Of a DNA stretch of 64,000 bases, positions 22,174 through 35,094 are shown one piece after another. Within the stretch, counting starts at the first letter, position 1, and every line of letters starts with the position of its first letter. The position numbers and the translations under genes are program-made. The notes under the pieces are model-generated. The model did no database searches. It was not told where the DNA came from and was given only the letters and a program-made list of their open reading frames with translations. The stretch is from Massalongia carnosa (taxonomy: Eukaryota). The stretch is from the NCBI GenBank assembly GCA_965645245.1, contig OZ287078.1:1922001-1986000 (forward strand). Reading direction: 5' to 3'.

Positions 22174-23840
22174 ATGGCACAGATCTCCGAACACAGTTCG
22201 TCATTGATAAGTGTTTTGCACATCACGGATGACGAAAAGGAGACTTTTGCGGACGAAAATGGTTCTTCTCCCTATGTTGAAAACCTTCCCCAACTCTTCC
22301 CACAGCGGTTGACCCAGCGGCCGTCGACACCGAGGTTGCTTATCCCGAGGGTGGCCGTGATGCCTGGTGTTAAATAAACAGTTGACGGCATAATGTTGAA
22401 ATTACTACAGAGGTGACTGCTTATAGCAGTATGGCAGCCTGCAGGGCTGAGCTAGAACTAATGGGGCTAAGCGAGTATTCCAACACCTGGTTGGTGGTGT
22501 TGGGTGCTTGGTGTGGCTTGACCGCATCGCTAGGTATCTACAACATAGCCGGAGTGTTCGAGGTCGTTATCTCAAAAGTGATCTTACCGGAAGAATCTCC
22601 TTCGACTCTTGGCTGGATATTCTCAATCTACGCCTTCATGAACTGGTTTTGTGGGGTGCAAGTTGGACCGACCTTCGATGCGATGGGCCCGCGTGCACTG
22701 ATAATTGCCGGAGCTATTTGTACGCTCATTGGCATTTTCTCGCTCAGCGTCTGTACAGGTAAAATCAGCTTTCAATTATACTTATGCCTCACCCATTCTC
22801 GAAACAATCTGCTCAGATTAATGTTAGCCTGATCTTTTCTAAAAAGCTCTGTTCATTACTAATAGTGATATAGAATACTATCAGATCTTTCTGTCATTCT
22901 CCATCTTGACTGGTATCGGTTCATCCCTTCTCCTCACCTCATCCATGGGCTGCGTCGCTCATTGGTTTATGAAGCGTCGCGGTCTCGCCACTGGCATAGC
23001 TTTCATAGAAGGCGGTTTTGGTGGCAGTCTTTTTCCCCTGATGATACAATCACTCCTTCCTCAAGTTGGATGGGGATGGTCGATCCGTATTCTCGGATTT
23101 GTGTTGCTCGTGCTTTGCGCTATCAGCGCGGCATTTTGCCGAAGCAGAGTTCTACCGCGCAAAGGAGCAGCAACTACTTGGCGAGAATCTTCGCCGGACC
23201 CACGAATCTTCATGGATGGAACAGGAGCCATGGCAGCCACAATTACTGGAGTCCTTTTGACGGATATGGCGTACTTCATACATATTACATACGCGCTAAG
23301 CTACTACATCGATCGACAACATCTGTTTCACGAGGAGGCCTCGACGGGGTCAGCGGCATTCGCATATCAACTTCTCGCGATTCTCAATGTTGCTTCATGC
23401 GGTTGCCGGTTTGCGGCGGGCGACCTGGCTGATCGATTCGGCCGACACAGCAGCATGATTGTCTCATTGTTCCTCTGCACAGTATCAATCCTATGTTTCT
23501 GGTTAGTAGACATCCTCGTACCGAACCTGGACGACGCCCTCCTGGTAGTCTTTGTACTACTGTTCGAGTTCGTCCACGGGTCAAATGTTAGCTTGACACC
23601 AATCTGCCTAGGTCAGCTTTGCGAAACTCAGGAATATGGGCGATATTAAGCAAGCTGCTTCACGGTAGTAGCTTTTGGCGTGTTGATAAGTATCTCAATC
23701 GCTGAGAGCCTTCTCGATGCGGTGGAGGCTACAGGTAAAGAAAGGTATTGGGGCGCCGCTCTTTTCGCCGGACTCGGCTATGTGGCCTCCTTTCTATGTT
23801 TTGTATGAGTCAGGATCAAAGTAAAGGTATGGAATTGAAG
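22174..23840 (+). pseudogene. MFS monocarboxylate-transporter-family (MCT/Mch-like) pseudogene
   Basis: YPEGGRDAW|LVVLGAW, GPTFDAMGPR, HWFMKRRGLATGIA, DLADRFGR, EYGRY. Intron 22759-22873. Disrupted by an early frameshift, a 118-bp insertion and TAA at 23647. Confidence 0.88.
22368..22485. mobile_element. 118-bp solo LTR-like element, copy 1
   Basis: TGTT...AACA ends, 5-bp TSD CCTGG (22363-67, 22486-90), near-identical inverted copy at 46408-46526. Confidence 0.9.
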
Positions 23841-24139
23841 AACAAACGGATAGAAAGCCAGCCTTACAGCGTGACGAGGTTTATGAAGGTCCCGCAAATC
23901 TGTATCAATGTAGTCCTAACACATGAAGAATTCGAGATGTTTCGATGCAGCAATTTTTATGAACTGCTTCGCTACAACCTCGACACTATTTGCTGGATTT
24001 CGCAGGATCAATTTCCGTCAGCGCCAAGTCGTAGCGGTCGATTTTAATCATGGAGCGCAACGTCCGCTGTACAGATAAGCGCGAGTTGCACCGAATCGTT
24101 TAATACAATCGACTCAGTAGATAACATCAATTAGCACGT

Positions 24140-25200
24140 GGATTCACAAACAACACAGATCGACCAAGTCTGCAGTAATATTGACTTGCTGACGTTAAAC
24201 ATAATGCGAGAACATTACTTAGCAAACCCGTTTGTAGTTTGTAGTTCCCGTTGCCTTATCATGCATGTTGTTGTTTTGTTATTTGACTCTACTCTTCAGC
24301 TTCGTCGGAAGGAGTTGAACTCTCAGGAGCACGCTTTAGAGGAATCGAACTCTCCCAAGTGTTTAGAAAGCGGACGCCCTTGCCTAGAAATCAGCAGAGG
24401 TGATTTGATCGGCGGTTCATCAGACTCTGAATGCTTATCATGATCACAAATCGCATTTTCCGGACTAAGGAAGCATTCCGAAAAAGCTGAATCACAGAGT
24501 TGAATAAGAACACAACAATATGCACGAGAGCTATTGATCCTTCTTTTGAGAAGGATCAAATCTCACTCCTCTCTTTTGAAAGCCAACATGACAACGTCAT
24601 CAATGTCTGGCAATACATTAGTTAGCTGTTATCGTGTTTCGAGTCGCGGTGCAACACTTTATCTTGCATCAACACGCTTTTACCATTTACGACGTGTTTC
24701 AATGCAGAACAAGCAGAAAGGTCCACGCAACATATGATGTTGGCTTTTATTCAATTCAACCAAAGTCGGAAATCTGCTCAAGATCTTGACATCCTACACC
24801 AGAAAGTCTGTCCACATGTCATTCTCATCTGCCGTCAATCAGGATGAGCTAGACTTTCGGGCCGTGAGATTTTTCGTATCAGGATTGAGCGCAAATCTTT
24901 CGCCAACCTTACAAAATTTCATTCGATCGTCGATGATGATTACTTTATCACGGCATCATTGTCGATGACTTCATGAGACGTCACAGGCCGAAGGGTTCTC
25001 ATCGTTGGAAATGTTGACATCTCTGTAGTTTAGAGCGACAGCAAGAACTTTGATGAGAACTTTCGTGATGAAGAGAGGAAGAAGCAAAGAACTCAGTCGC
25101 AAGTTTAATCTTTGACGTGTCGGGAGTGTAGTTGATGATTCTGTTCGATCATCTTTTGTCGTTCTTCACTCTAGGTCTAGCGCAATGGCTTTCACGACCG
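24140..25200 (-). pseudogene. Heavily mutated MDR-family (Zn-type ADH/quinone oxidoreductase-like) pseudogene
   Basis: Minus strand reads KVLIKVLAVALNYRDVNI, then NPDTKNLTAR, LTADEND and SALKHVVNGKSVLMQD. Many stops and G-to-A-type changes. Boundaries approximate. Confidence 0.6.
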
Positions 25201-25457
25201 AGCATCTTCATGTTTTCTTTCTGCATCTTTGATTATTCTCAGTAAAGAGTGTCCTTTTGATCACAGACAATTACGTCAAGGTTGACTCGTCACATAATTA
25301 ATCGATTGATTGATTTTAATACGCGATTCTAGGCAGAATCGCAGATTTGGATCCGCTCATTCGTTCGATCGCTCTCTGATTTGTTCACTTGTCGGTATTC
25401 CTCGTTCCCTTTGTCGTTCTCGTCTTCTCTACATAATCGCCATCGTTCGTATCGTCG

Positions 25458-26551
25458 TCATAGTCCTTTTCTCGGTCCTCCTAATCGGTCATATCCTCCT
25501 CGCTGTCCGAGGAATTGGTTGCCAGGAAGCACGGCCCGCTGAAACGCTCGCCCACCGCAGACAGATCGCCTCGCTCCAGGGCCTGACTGTGTTCGGCCTC
25601 GATCAGGAATGCTGATAGTTGCGCAAATGGAATTTCGGTCGTGGGGTTTCGAGCGGTCAGATAGGCTGCGGCGGGAGGGGAAAGCAGTTGGATCGGTGCG
25701 AAGTCTTTGAGCGAGAGAAGGAGGATTCCGGTGCCTGAAGTGCCGTCGGCTTGACGAAATGTCTAGATGTTGACGGATGAGATTCGTTCCACTCTCGAGG
25801 CAAGGCGCGTTCACTTCGATTTCACCGTGCGCTTTACTGTACATGACGATTCTTTATCATTTGTCGTGTGAATTTCCATTTGCCACACCATCACTTGAGC
25901 AAGCTTTGACGTGCGATAATCCGTGTTCAGCGCCACCATCATGCGGATGTTTCCTTTTGATCCATTGATATACCGCATGGCGAGACGGGGCAGATCATGG
26001 ATTTTCTGCGCGTGGGCAACCTCCACCACAACTCCGGGAAACCGCGTGTCTTTGTATCGAAATGATTCATCTGGGCTGCACGTGCCATGCTCCAAGAGAT
26101 TCACCTGCGCCGTGGAAAAAGCCCGAAAGCCGTGACACATGTCGGCGATCTCCTGATTTTCCGCCTCGTCCGCAATGAACTTGAGATGATGCATGAACTC
26201 GGATGCGAACTGACTGGCAAGGAGGTCATGCGTGGTCGACGCCATGCGAAAGGTGCGTAGTTCCCGTTGCGAGTCGTAGTCGTATCTATCATGCATGCCT
26301 GTTCAGTTTCCTTGGTTTCCGAAACGCAGCGGATATATCCTACCGCACTTTGTCCTCATGTATCCCTTCAGATCGTGATCCTGTTCGAGATGCTTCCACA
26401 GGCCCACGTAGTCATGCAGTGACAACCCGAGCTGGAGCCACGACTCGGTTGACTGCCCGTTGCGATATTGTTGAAATACCGCAAGCGCTCTGGTAATGGC
26501 GGACATGATGAGATTTCCCCTACTCTGGGATAGTGGTTGTGTGGAGGGCAC
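25458..26551 (-). pseudogene. Frameshifted gene for a restriction-endonuclease-fold (Uma2/PD-(D/E)XK-like) fungal protein
   Basis: EDKVR|YDYD splice junction, FRMASTTHD, SPDESFRY...FPGVVVEVAHAQ...LPRLAMRYINGSKGNI. Frameshifts near 26358 and 25850. Confidence 0.55.
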
Positions 26552-27169
26552 AAGGAGAAATAAGGAGTGGAAGAATCGGCCAAGTGGAAGTTTGGAAGCA
26601 CTTCACGAGCGAAATTAGAGAATGATCACATCGCCGAGTAGTTGACTTACTAACGAGAATGTTTCTCTCACTTTGTCACAACGGCGTTAACTACGTGATA
26701 CCGTCCTTAATGCCGATCGTGTGGGGAAATGTGAAAGCGATGCAATTCCGTAATGATATCTTCTCAGTTTATGGGTAACTTACAATAGAGTACCGAGCAC
26801 TCTGAGAACGGAATAATTCCGCACCCTTATTCACAGTTACGGCACATTTGTTCATTTCAGCGCTTCCTATGGATCGATGAGCGTACAGCTGTGAGTACGC
26901 TTGGAGATACGATCAGGGTTATCTACGGCCTGCCTACACTCGGTCCTGGCATTAACTTTCGCTCTAGCCGAATGACTTGCATGTGCACCGGCGGCAAGAG
27001 CCCGCTATAAATATACAAAAGCCTTGCGCACTGCTTCTCCCAGTAGGCTCCTCTCAAGGTGTTCCGTCAATAATTATGTCGAGCTTCGGTCATCTACAAA
27101 ACAAGGAGTTATATTAGCAGACCCAGAGCAAAGCGACCTCGCTACAGCATTGAAGACCAACCGTCCAAT

Positions 27170-30100
27170 ATGGCTAGCGATCAAGTCTCGCATTTTTTGG
27201 GATCGAGAAAAGGGAATCGAAGCCTGGTAAATTATCGTATTGCCTGGTGTTACTTAGGCTGACTATTTCTTGGAACTAGACGGACAACTTGAACAGTCGG
27301 CCATCAATTGCCTCAAGAGCCCCGGCTGCCAAAGCAACAAGAACAGCGGAAGACAGCGTTGGAGTAGCCGCTCCAACTCCAAATGCACCGCCAGATTTCT
27401 TAGGCGAACCTAACTCACGCCGTGGCAATGTTGCATCAGCGGTTTCAATGGCATATCGGATACGAGGCATACCACCTACGCATACGAAAAAGCGGGTAGT
27501 TGAATTACTCCGAACAAGCTTAAATCTTGATTCAACAAAAGGAAACATTACAATTAGGTCGCTAGCTATGGCTCCTGATCAGAAATCGCAGATGGCTACA
27601 GTTGGCTTTCAAAGACACCCCGATTCACTTCCGCCAGATAAGAAGGAGTGGTCTATTGATATTTGTCAAGATGAGAATAACGAGAGTGATGATGACAACG
27701 ATGTCTTTCCAGCCGCACCTACAATAACTTTTGACACTCACTTCAAAGGCATTACGGTACTTCGATCCTTCAAAGAGGCCTCGGAGCACGAGATTGAGTA
27801 ATATCTTCAAATAATGTGTCGTCATGTAGCTTACAGACGCAGTTGTATCGCAATCACAGGACTTGGAGGTCATCCTTTTGGTTCTTTCAAAGAGCGAGAT
27901 GGACAACACATGTGGTTACGTGATTCACTTCCTACTGATCTTCCGCATGCTCGTGTCATGTTATACGGCTACGATACTCAGTTGCATGGCAGCCACACAT
28001 TTCAAGATCTCGAAGCACTGGCGAGTACCTTACGATCGGATTTGCAATGCCTAACATTGAAAAGCTCTTTCAATGATGTACCCCGAATATTCCCCTTGAT
28101 ATTTATTGCTCATAGTCTCGGCGGCCTTATCGTCAAGGAAGCTTTGATTCAAATGAAGCGTGGCAAGAACCATCAAACATTTCTGAAATATATATATGGT
28201 GCCCTATTTTTTGGTGTGCCCAGTCAAGGAATGGATATTACTTCGCTTATTCCAATGGTGAAAGGCCAGCCTAACCAAGCTCTGCTACATCTGATTGGAA
28301 AAGAATCTCAAATCCTGCGAAATCAATGCAGAGATTTCCCCAAGGCGTTCGATTATCAAGACTCAAAAATAGTATGCTTTTATGAAACTGTGATGTCACC
28401 GACTGCAGCGCTTGTAATTATTACACCCAAATAGCTCATTACTTTTGCGTTTTGACTGACTTCTTCTAGCACGAAACAATATGGAGTATGACAGGCCCGC
28501 CTTGTGTCCTGGTTGATAGCTCATCCGCAACACATTGCCGACCCTGGGAGAACGAAGCGCATCATGTGCAGGCGATCCAGAAAACTCATTCAGATTTGGT
28601 CAAGTTCGGTAAACATGACGATGATTATAGAAGGGTATTAAGTGTACTTGAGCGACTTGCATCTGATGCTATAAAAGTAATTCCTCGTGGAATGTCCGTT
28701 GTTGAAGGTAAATAGAGATGATTTATCTCGTTTATAGAACGCATAAATAACTCTTGAATATCTACCGTAACTTCGCTGATGATAAATAAAAGCCAAATAC
28801 CTCAACCGCATACGTCAATGGTTATCTCCTTCAGATGTAGCGGCTAATCACGAACGAGCGCGAGGCCAGCGTCAGCCAAAGACTGGTTTATGGTTTATCA
28901 ACGGCGAATCGTTTTCAAAGTGGAAGAGATCGGTTGGTTCATTCTTATGGATATCTGGAATTCCTGGGTGTGGAAAGACTATTCTGAGTTCAACAATTAT
29001 TGATCATGTGATGGACGAATATCGAAGTGATGCAGGCATTGCCATCGTTTACTTTTATTTTGATTTTAACGACAAAGAGAAGCAGAAGACGGAAAATCTT
29101 CTGTCTTCTTTGATCACACAGTTATCTGACCAGAGTAGTCAGCTTCCTAAATCGGTAGAGGCACTCTATGAAAGATCTCAGAAAGGAAAAGCTCGGCCGA
29201 CATTGGATGGACTTCAGAAAACTCTTATCGGTTTGTTTTCTTTATTCAATCAAGTTTATGTTCATCTTGATGCTTTAGATGAGTCCACTGACCGAAAACA
29301 GCTACTGAAGCTTCTTTCCTATATATGGAAAACTTCATCCGCTCATCTACATATTCTTGTCACTAGTCGAAAAGAAAGAGACCTTGAGTTAGCTTTGAAC
29401 AGCATGACTACAGAGTGTATCGAAATTGAAAGTGCAGAAGTAGATGTCGATATTAAATCATATGTTGAACATCAACTAGGGGAAGATCAGATAATTGTGA
29501 ACTGGCCAATTGAAGTAAAAAAAGACATCACAACAGCATTGACGAGAGATGCTAATGGAATGTATGTCAACACGCAGCCAGTGTCTAGATCAAGCTAATT
29601 CTTAAAGGTTTCGATGGGCTGTTTGTCAAATGGATGTTCTACGAGAATCAATTAGTCTCGATGATGTTAAAAAAGCGCTAAAGTCGTTACCAAAAACACT
29701 TGACGAAACCTATGAAAGAATTCTTCAAAGTATTCCAGACAATCGCAGTAGTGATGCATTACGAATACTTCAATGGCTGATATTCTCAGCTCGTCCATTA
29801 CGAATTGAAGAGGTTGCCGAGCTACTCGTATCTAATCCAGACATGAAAAATTCTGAGTTCAATGTCGAAAGACGTCCGTTCAACCCTCAGGATATCGTTA
29901 CATATTGTGGGAGCCTTGTCACAGTTCAGGGTTCTTCAGGTGCCCACAAAACGCTCAGAATGGCCCATTTCTCGGTTCAGGAATTCTTAGTCTCAGACCG
30001 AATAATAGCAAGTAAATGTGCATATTACAGCGTCGTCAGAAAATCAGCCAACACTCTGATAGCGCGAACGTGTCTTATATACCTCACGGAGATCCACAAA

Positions 30101-33100
30101 CAAAAGCTGTCAGTAAAGGAAATGGTCCGAGTATTTTCACTTGCAGAATATGCGGCAAGTTATTGGGCTCAACATATTAGAGCCGCAGAAGTCGCTGAAA
30201 ACGATGATATACATAATCAGACTATATGTTTTCTAGAATGTGAGCGAGCACGTTACAATTGGATTCAGCTCTTCCAGCCTGATCAAAGCTGGGAAGGTCC
30301 TAATTTTGATCAAAAGTCGCGATTAGTATCCCCACCACTACATTATGCGTCTTTGCTTGGATTAAATGAATCTGTTAGAATTTTACTCAGAAAGGGGGCG
30401 GAAGTCAACGCGCAGAGCAGATTTTACGGCAACGCGCTGCATGTGGCATCGAGGAAAGGTCACGAGGCGGTGGTGCAGCTGCTGCTGGAGAAGGGGGCAG
30501 ACGTCAACGCGCAGGGTGGACAGTACGGCAACGCGCTGCAGGCGGCATCGTTCTATGGTCGCCAGGCGATGGTGCAGCTACTGCTGGAGAAGGGGGCGGA
30601 CATCACCGCGCAGGGCGGAAATTACGGCAACGCGCTGCAGGCGGCATCGTGGGGAGGTCACGAGGCGGTGGTGCAGCTGCTGCTGGAGAAGGGGGCGGAC
30701 TTCAACGCGCAGGGCGGACAGTACAGCAACGCGCTGCAGGCGGCATCGTGGGGAGGTCACAAGGCGGTGGTGCAGCTGCTGCTGGAGAAGGGGGCGTACG
30801 TCAACGCGCAGGGCGGAAATTACGGCAACGCGCTGCAGGCGGCATTGTGGGGAGGTCACGAGGCGGTGGTGCAGCTGCTGCTGGAGAAGGGGGCGGACGT
30901 CAACGCGCAGGGCGGACAGTACGGCAACGCGCTACAGGCGGCAATGTGGGAAGGTTGCGAGGCGATAGTGCAGCTGCTGCTGGAGAAGGGGGCGGACATC
31001 AACGCGCAGGGCGGAAAGTACGGCAACGCGCTGCAGGCGGCATCGTGGAGAGGTCACGAGGCGATGGTGCAGCTACTGCTGGAGAAGGGGGCGGACGTCA
31101 ACGCGCAGGGCGGAAATTACGGCAACGCGCTGCAGGCGGCATCGAGGGGAGGTCACGAGGCGGTGGTGCAGCTGCTGCTGGAGAAGGGGGCGGACGTCAA
31201 CGCGCAGGGCGGAGAGTACAGCAACGCGCTACAGGCGGCAATGTGGAAAGGTTGCGAGGCGGTAGTGCAGCTACTGCTGGAGAAGGGGGCGGACGTCAAC
31301 GCGCAGGGCGGAAATTACGGCAACGCGCTGCAGGCGGCATCGTGGAGAGGTCACAAGGCGATGGTGCAGCTGCTGCTGGAGATGGGGGAGGACGTCAACG
31401 CGCAGGGCGGACTGTACGGCAACGCGCTGCAGGCGGCATCGAGGGGAGGTCACGAGGCGGTGATGCAGCTGCTGCTGGAGAAGGGGGCGGACGTCAACGC
31501 GCTGGGCGGACAGTACGGCAACGCGCTGCAGGCGGCATCGTGGGGAGGTCACAAGACGGTGGTGCAGCTGCTGCTGGAGAAGGGGGCGGACTTCAACGCG
31601 CAGGGCGGACAGTACAGCAACGCGCTGCAGGCGGCATCGTGGGGAGGTCACAAGGCGGTGGTGCAGCTGCTGCTGGAGAAGGGAGCGGACGTCAACGCGC
31701 AGGGCGGAGAGTACGGCAACGCGCTGCAGGCGGCATCGTGGGAAGGTCACGAGGCGGTGGTGCAGCTACTGCTGGAGAAGGGGGCGGACGTCAACGCGCA
31801 GGGCAGACTGTACGGCAACGCGCTGCAGGCGGCATCGAGGGGAGGTCACGAGGCGGTTGTGCAGCTGCTGCTGGAGAAGGGGGCGGACGTCAACGCGCAG
31901 GGCGGACAGTACGGCAACGCGCTGCAGGCGGCATCGTGGGAAGGTCACGAGGCGGTGGTGCAGCTGCTGCTGGAGAAGGGGGCGGACGTCAACGCGCAGG
32001 GCGGACGTTCCGGCAACGCCCTACAGGCGGCATTGTGGGAAGGTTGCGAGGCGGTAGTGCAGCTGCTGCTGGAGAAGGGGGCGGACGTCAACGCGCAGGG
32101 CGGACATTACGGCAACGCGCTGCAGACGGCATCGTCCAGAGGTCACGAGGCAATGGTGCAGCTACTGCTGGAGAAGGGGGCGGACGTCAACGCGCAGGGC
32201 GGCAACGCGCTGCAGGCGGCATCGAGGGAAGGTTGCGAGGCGGTGGTGCAGCGGCTGCTGGAGAAGGGGGCGGACGTCAACGCGCAGGGCGGAAATTACG
32301 GCAACGCGCTGCAGGCGGCATCGTGGGGAGGTCACAAGACGGTGGTGCAGCTGCTGCTGGAGAAGGGGGCGGACGTCAACGCGCAGGGCGGATATTACGG
32401 CAACGCGCTGCAGGCGGCATCGAGGGGAGGTCACGAGGCGGTGGTGCAGCTGCTGCTGGAGAAGGGGGCGGACGTCAACACGCAGGGTGGACTGTACGGC
32501 AACGCGCTGCAGGCGGCATCGAGGGGAGGTCACGAGGCGGTGGTGCAGCTGCTGCTGGAGAAGGGGGCGGACGTCAACGCGCAGGGCGGAAATTACGGCA
32601 ACGCGCTGCAGGCGGCATCGTGGGGAGGTCACGAGGCGACGATGCAGCTGCTGCTGGAGAAGGGGGCGGACTTCAACGCGCAGGGCGGACAGTACAGCAA
32701 CGCGCTGCAGGCGGCATCGTGGGGAGGTCACAAGACGGTGGTGCAGCTGCTGCTGGAGAAGGGGGCGGACGTCAACGCGCAGGGCGGATATTACGGCAAC
32801 GCGCTGCAGGCGGCATCGAGGGGAGGTCACGAGGCGGTGGTGCAGCTGCTGCTGGAGAAGGGGGCGGACGTCAACGCGCAGGGCGGACAGTACGGCAACG
32901 CGCTGCAGGCGGCATCGAGGGGAGGTCATGAGGCGGTGGTGCAGCTGCTGCTGGAGAAGGGGGCGGACGTCAACGCGCAGGGCGGACATTACGGCAACGC
33001 GCTGCAGGCGGCATCGTGGGGAGGTCACGAGGCGACGATGCAGCTGCTGCTGGAGAAGGGGGCGGACTTCAACGCGCAGGGCGGACAGTACAGCAACGCG

Positions 33101-34801
33101 CTGCAGGCGGCATCGTGGGGAGGTCACAAGACGGTGGTGCGGCTGCTGCTGGAGAAGGGGGCGGACGTCAACGCGCAGGGCGGAGAGTACGGCAACGCGC
33201 TGCAGGCGGTATCGAGGGGAGGTCACGAGGCGGTGGTGCAGCTGCTGCTGGAGAAGGGGGCGGACGTCAACGCGCAGGGCGGAAATTACGGCAACGCGCT
33301 GCAGGCGGCATCGTGGGGAGGTCACGAGGCGACGATGCAGCTACTGCTGGAGAAGGGGGCGGACTTCAACGCGCAGGGCGGATATTACGGCAACGCGCTG
33401 CAGGCGGCATCGTGGAGAGGTCACGAGGCGATGGTGCAGCTGCTGCTGGAGAAGGGGGCGGATGTCAACGCGCAGGGCGGATATTACGGCAACGCGCTTC
33501 AGGCGGCATCGAGGGGAGGTCACGAGGCGGTGGTGCAGCTGCTGCTGGAGAAGGGGGCGGACGTCACCGCGCAGGGCGGACTGTACGGCAACGCGCTGCA
33601 GGCGGCATCGAGGGGAGGTCATGAGGCGGTGGTGCAGCTGCTGCTGGAGAAGGGGGCGGACGTCAACGCGCAGGGCGGAAATTACGGCAACGCGCTGCAG
33701 GCGGCATCGTGGGGAGGTCACGAGGCGACGATGCAGCTACTGCTGGAGAAGGGGGCGGACTTCAACGCGCAGGGCAGACAGTACAGCAACGCGCTGCAGG
33801 CGGCATCGTGGGGAGGTCACAAGACGGTGGTGCAGCTGCTGCTAGAGAAGGGGGCGGACGTCAACGCGCAGGGCGGAAATTACGGCAACGCGCTGCAGGC
33901 GGCATCGAGGGGAGGTCACGAGGCGGTGGTGCAGCTACTGTTGGAGAAAGGGGCGGACGTCAACGCGCAGGGCGGACAGTACAGCAACGCGCTACAGGCG
34001 GCATCGTGGGGAGGTCACAAGACGGTGGTGCAGCTGCTGCTAGAGAAGGGGGCGGACGTCAACGCGCAGTGCGGAAATTACGGCAACGCGCTGCAGGCGG
34101 CATCGAGGGGAGGTCACGAGGCGGTGGTGCAGCTACTGTTGGAGAAAGGGGCGGACGTCAACGCGCAGGGCGGAGAGTACGGCAACGCGCTACAGGCGGC
34201 AATGTGGGAAGGTCACGAGGCGGTAGTGCAGCTACTGCTGGAGAAGGGGGCGGACGTCAACGCGCAGGGCGGATATTACGGCAACGCGCTGCAGGCGGCA
34301 TCGTGGAGAGGTCACGAGGCGATGGTGCGGCTGCTGCTGGAGAAGGGGGCGGACTTCAACGCGCAGGGCGGATATTACGGCAACGCGCTTCAGGCGGCAT
34401 CGAGGGGAGGTCACGAGGCGATAGTGCAGCTGCTGCTGGAGAATAGGGCGGACGTCAACGCGCAGGGCGGACTGTACGGCAACGCGCTGCAGGCGGCATC
34501 GAGGGGAGGTCACGAGGCGGTGGTGCAGCTGCTGTTGGAGAAGGGGGTGGAAGTCAACGCGCAGGGCGGACAGTACGGCAACGCGCTGCAGGCGGCATCG
34601 AGGGGAGGTCACGAGGTGGTGGTGCAGCTGCTGTTGGAGAAGGGGGCGGACGTCAACGCTCAGGGCGGAGAGTACGGCAACGCGCTACAGGCGGCAATGT
34701 GGGAAGGTTGCGAGGCGGTAGTGCAGCTACTGCTGGAGAAGGGGGCGGACGTCAACGCGCAGGGCGGATATTACGGCAACGCGCTGCAGGCGGCATCGTG
34801 A
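27170..34801 (+). CDS. Fungal NLR: SesB-like alpha/beta-hydrolase, NACHT, ankyrin repeats (6 exons; ends at a premature TGA)
   Basis: Introns 27227-27279, 27798-27842, 28414-28469, 28708-28792 and 29562-29607 all keep frame. Hydrolase ITGLGGH, MWLRDSLP, AHSLGG; P-loop GIPGCGKT; Walker B LDALDE; ILVTSR; GMFRW; LPKTLDETYERIL; AHFSVQEFL; then ANK repeats. Confidence 0.92.
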
Positions 34802-35094
34802 GGAGGTCACGAGGCGAGGGTGCAGCTGCTGCTGGAGAAGGGGGCGGACGTCAACGCTCAGGGCGGAGAGTACGGCAACGCGCTACAGGCTGCAATGTGG
34901 GAAGGTTGCGAGGCAGTAGTGCAGCTGCTGCTGGAGAAGGGGGCGGACATCAACGCGCAGGGCGGAAAGTACGGCAACGCGCTGCAGGCGGCATCGTGGG
35001 AAGGTCACGAGGCGGTGCTGCAGCTGCTGCTGGAGAAGGGGGCGGACGTCAACGCGCAGGACGGACAGTACGGCAACGCGCTGCAGATGGTATC
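30391..35094 (+). repeat. Tandem array of ~47 highly similar 99-bp ankyrin-coding repeats
   Basis: Unit GADVNAQGGxYGNALQAAxxxGHEAVVQLLLEK. One unit near 32200 lacks 9 bp. TGG-to-TGA at 34799-34801, with about three units beyond it. Confidence 0.97.

Noticed and set aside
22413..22485. N-terminus MTAYSSMAACRAELEL... of the MFS ORF, and ORF 46392-46805
   Set aside because: Both are read through the 118-bp inserted element.
30391..35094. CRISPR-like or diversity-generating array
   Set aside because: Units are contiguous, in-frame coding repeats with no unique spacers; there are no cas genes or template repeat; the context is eukaryotic.
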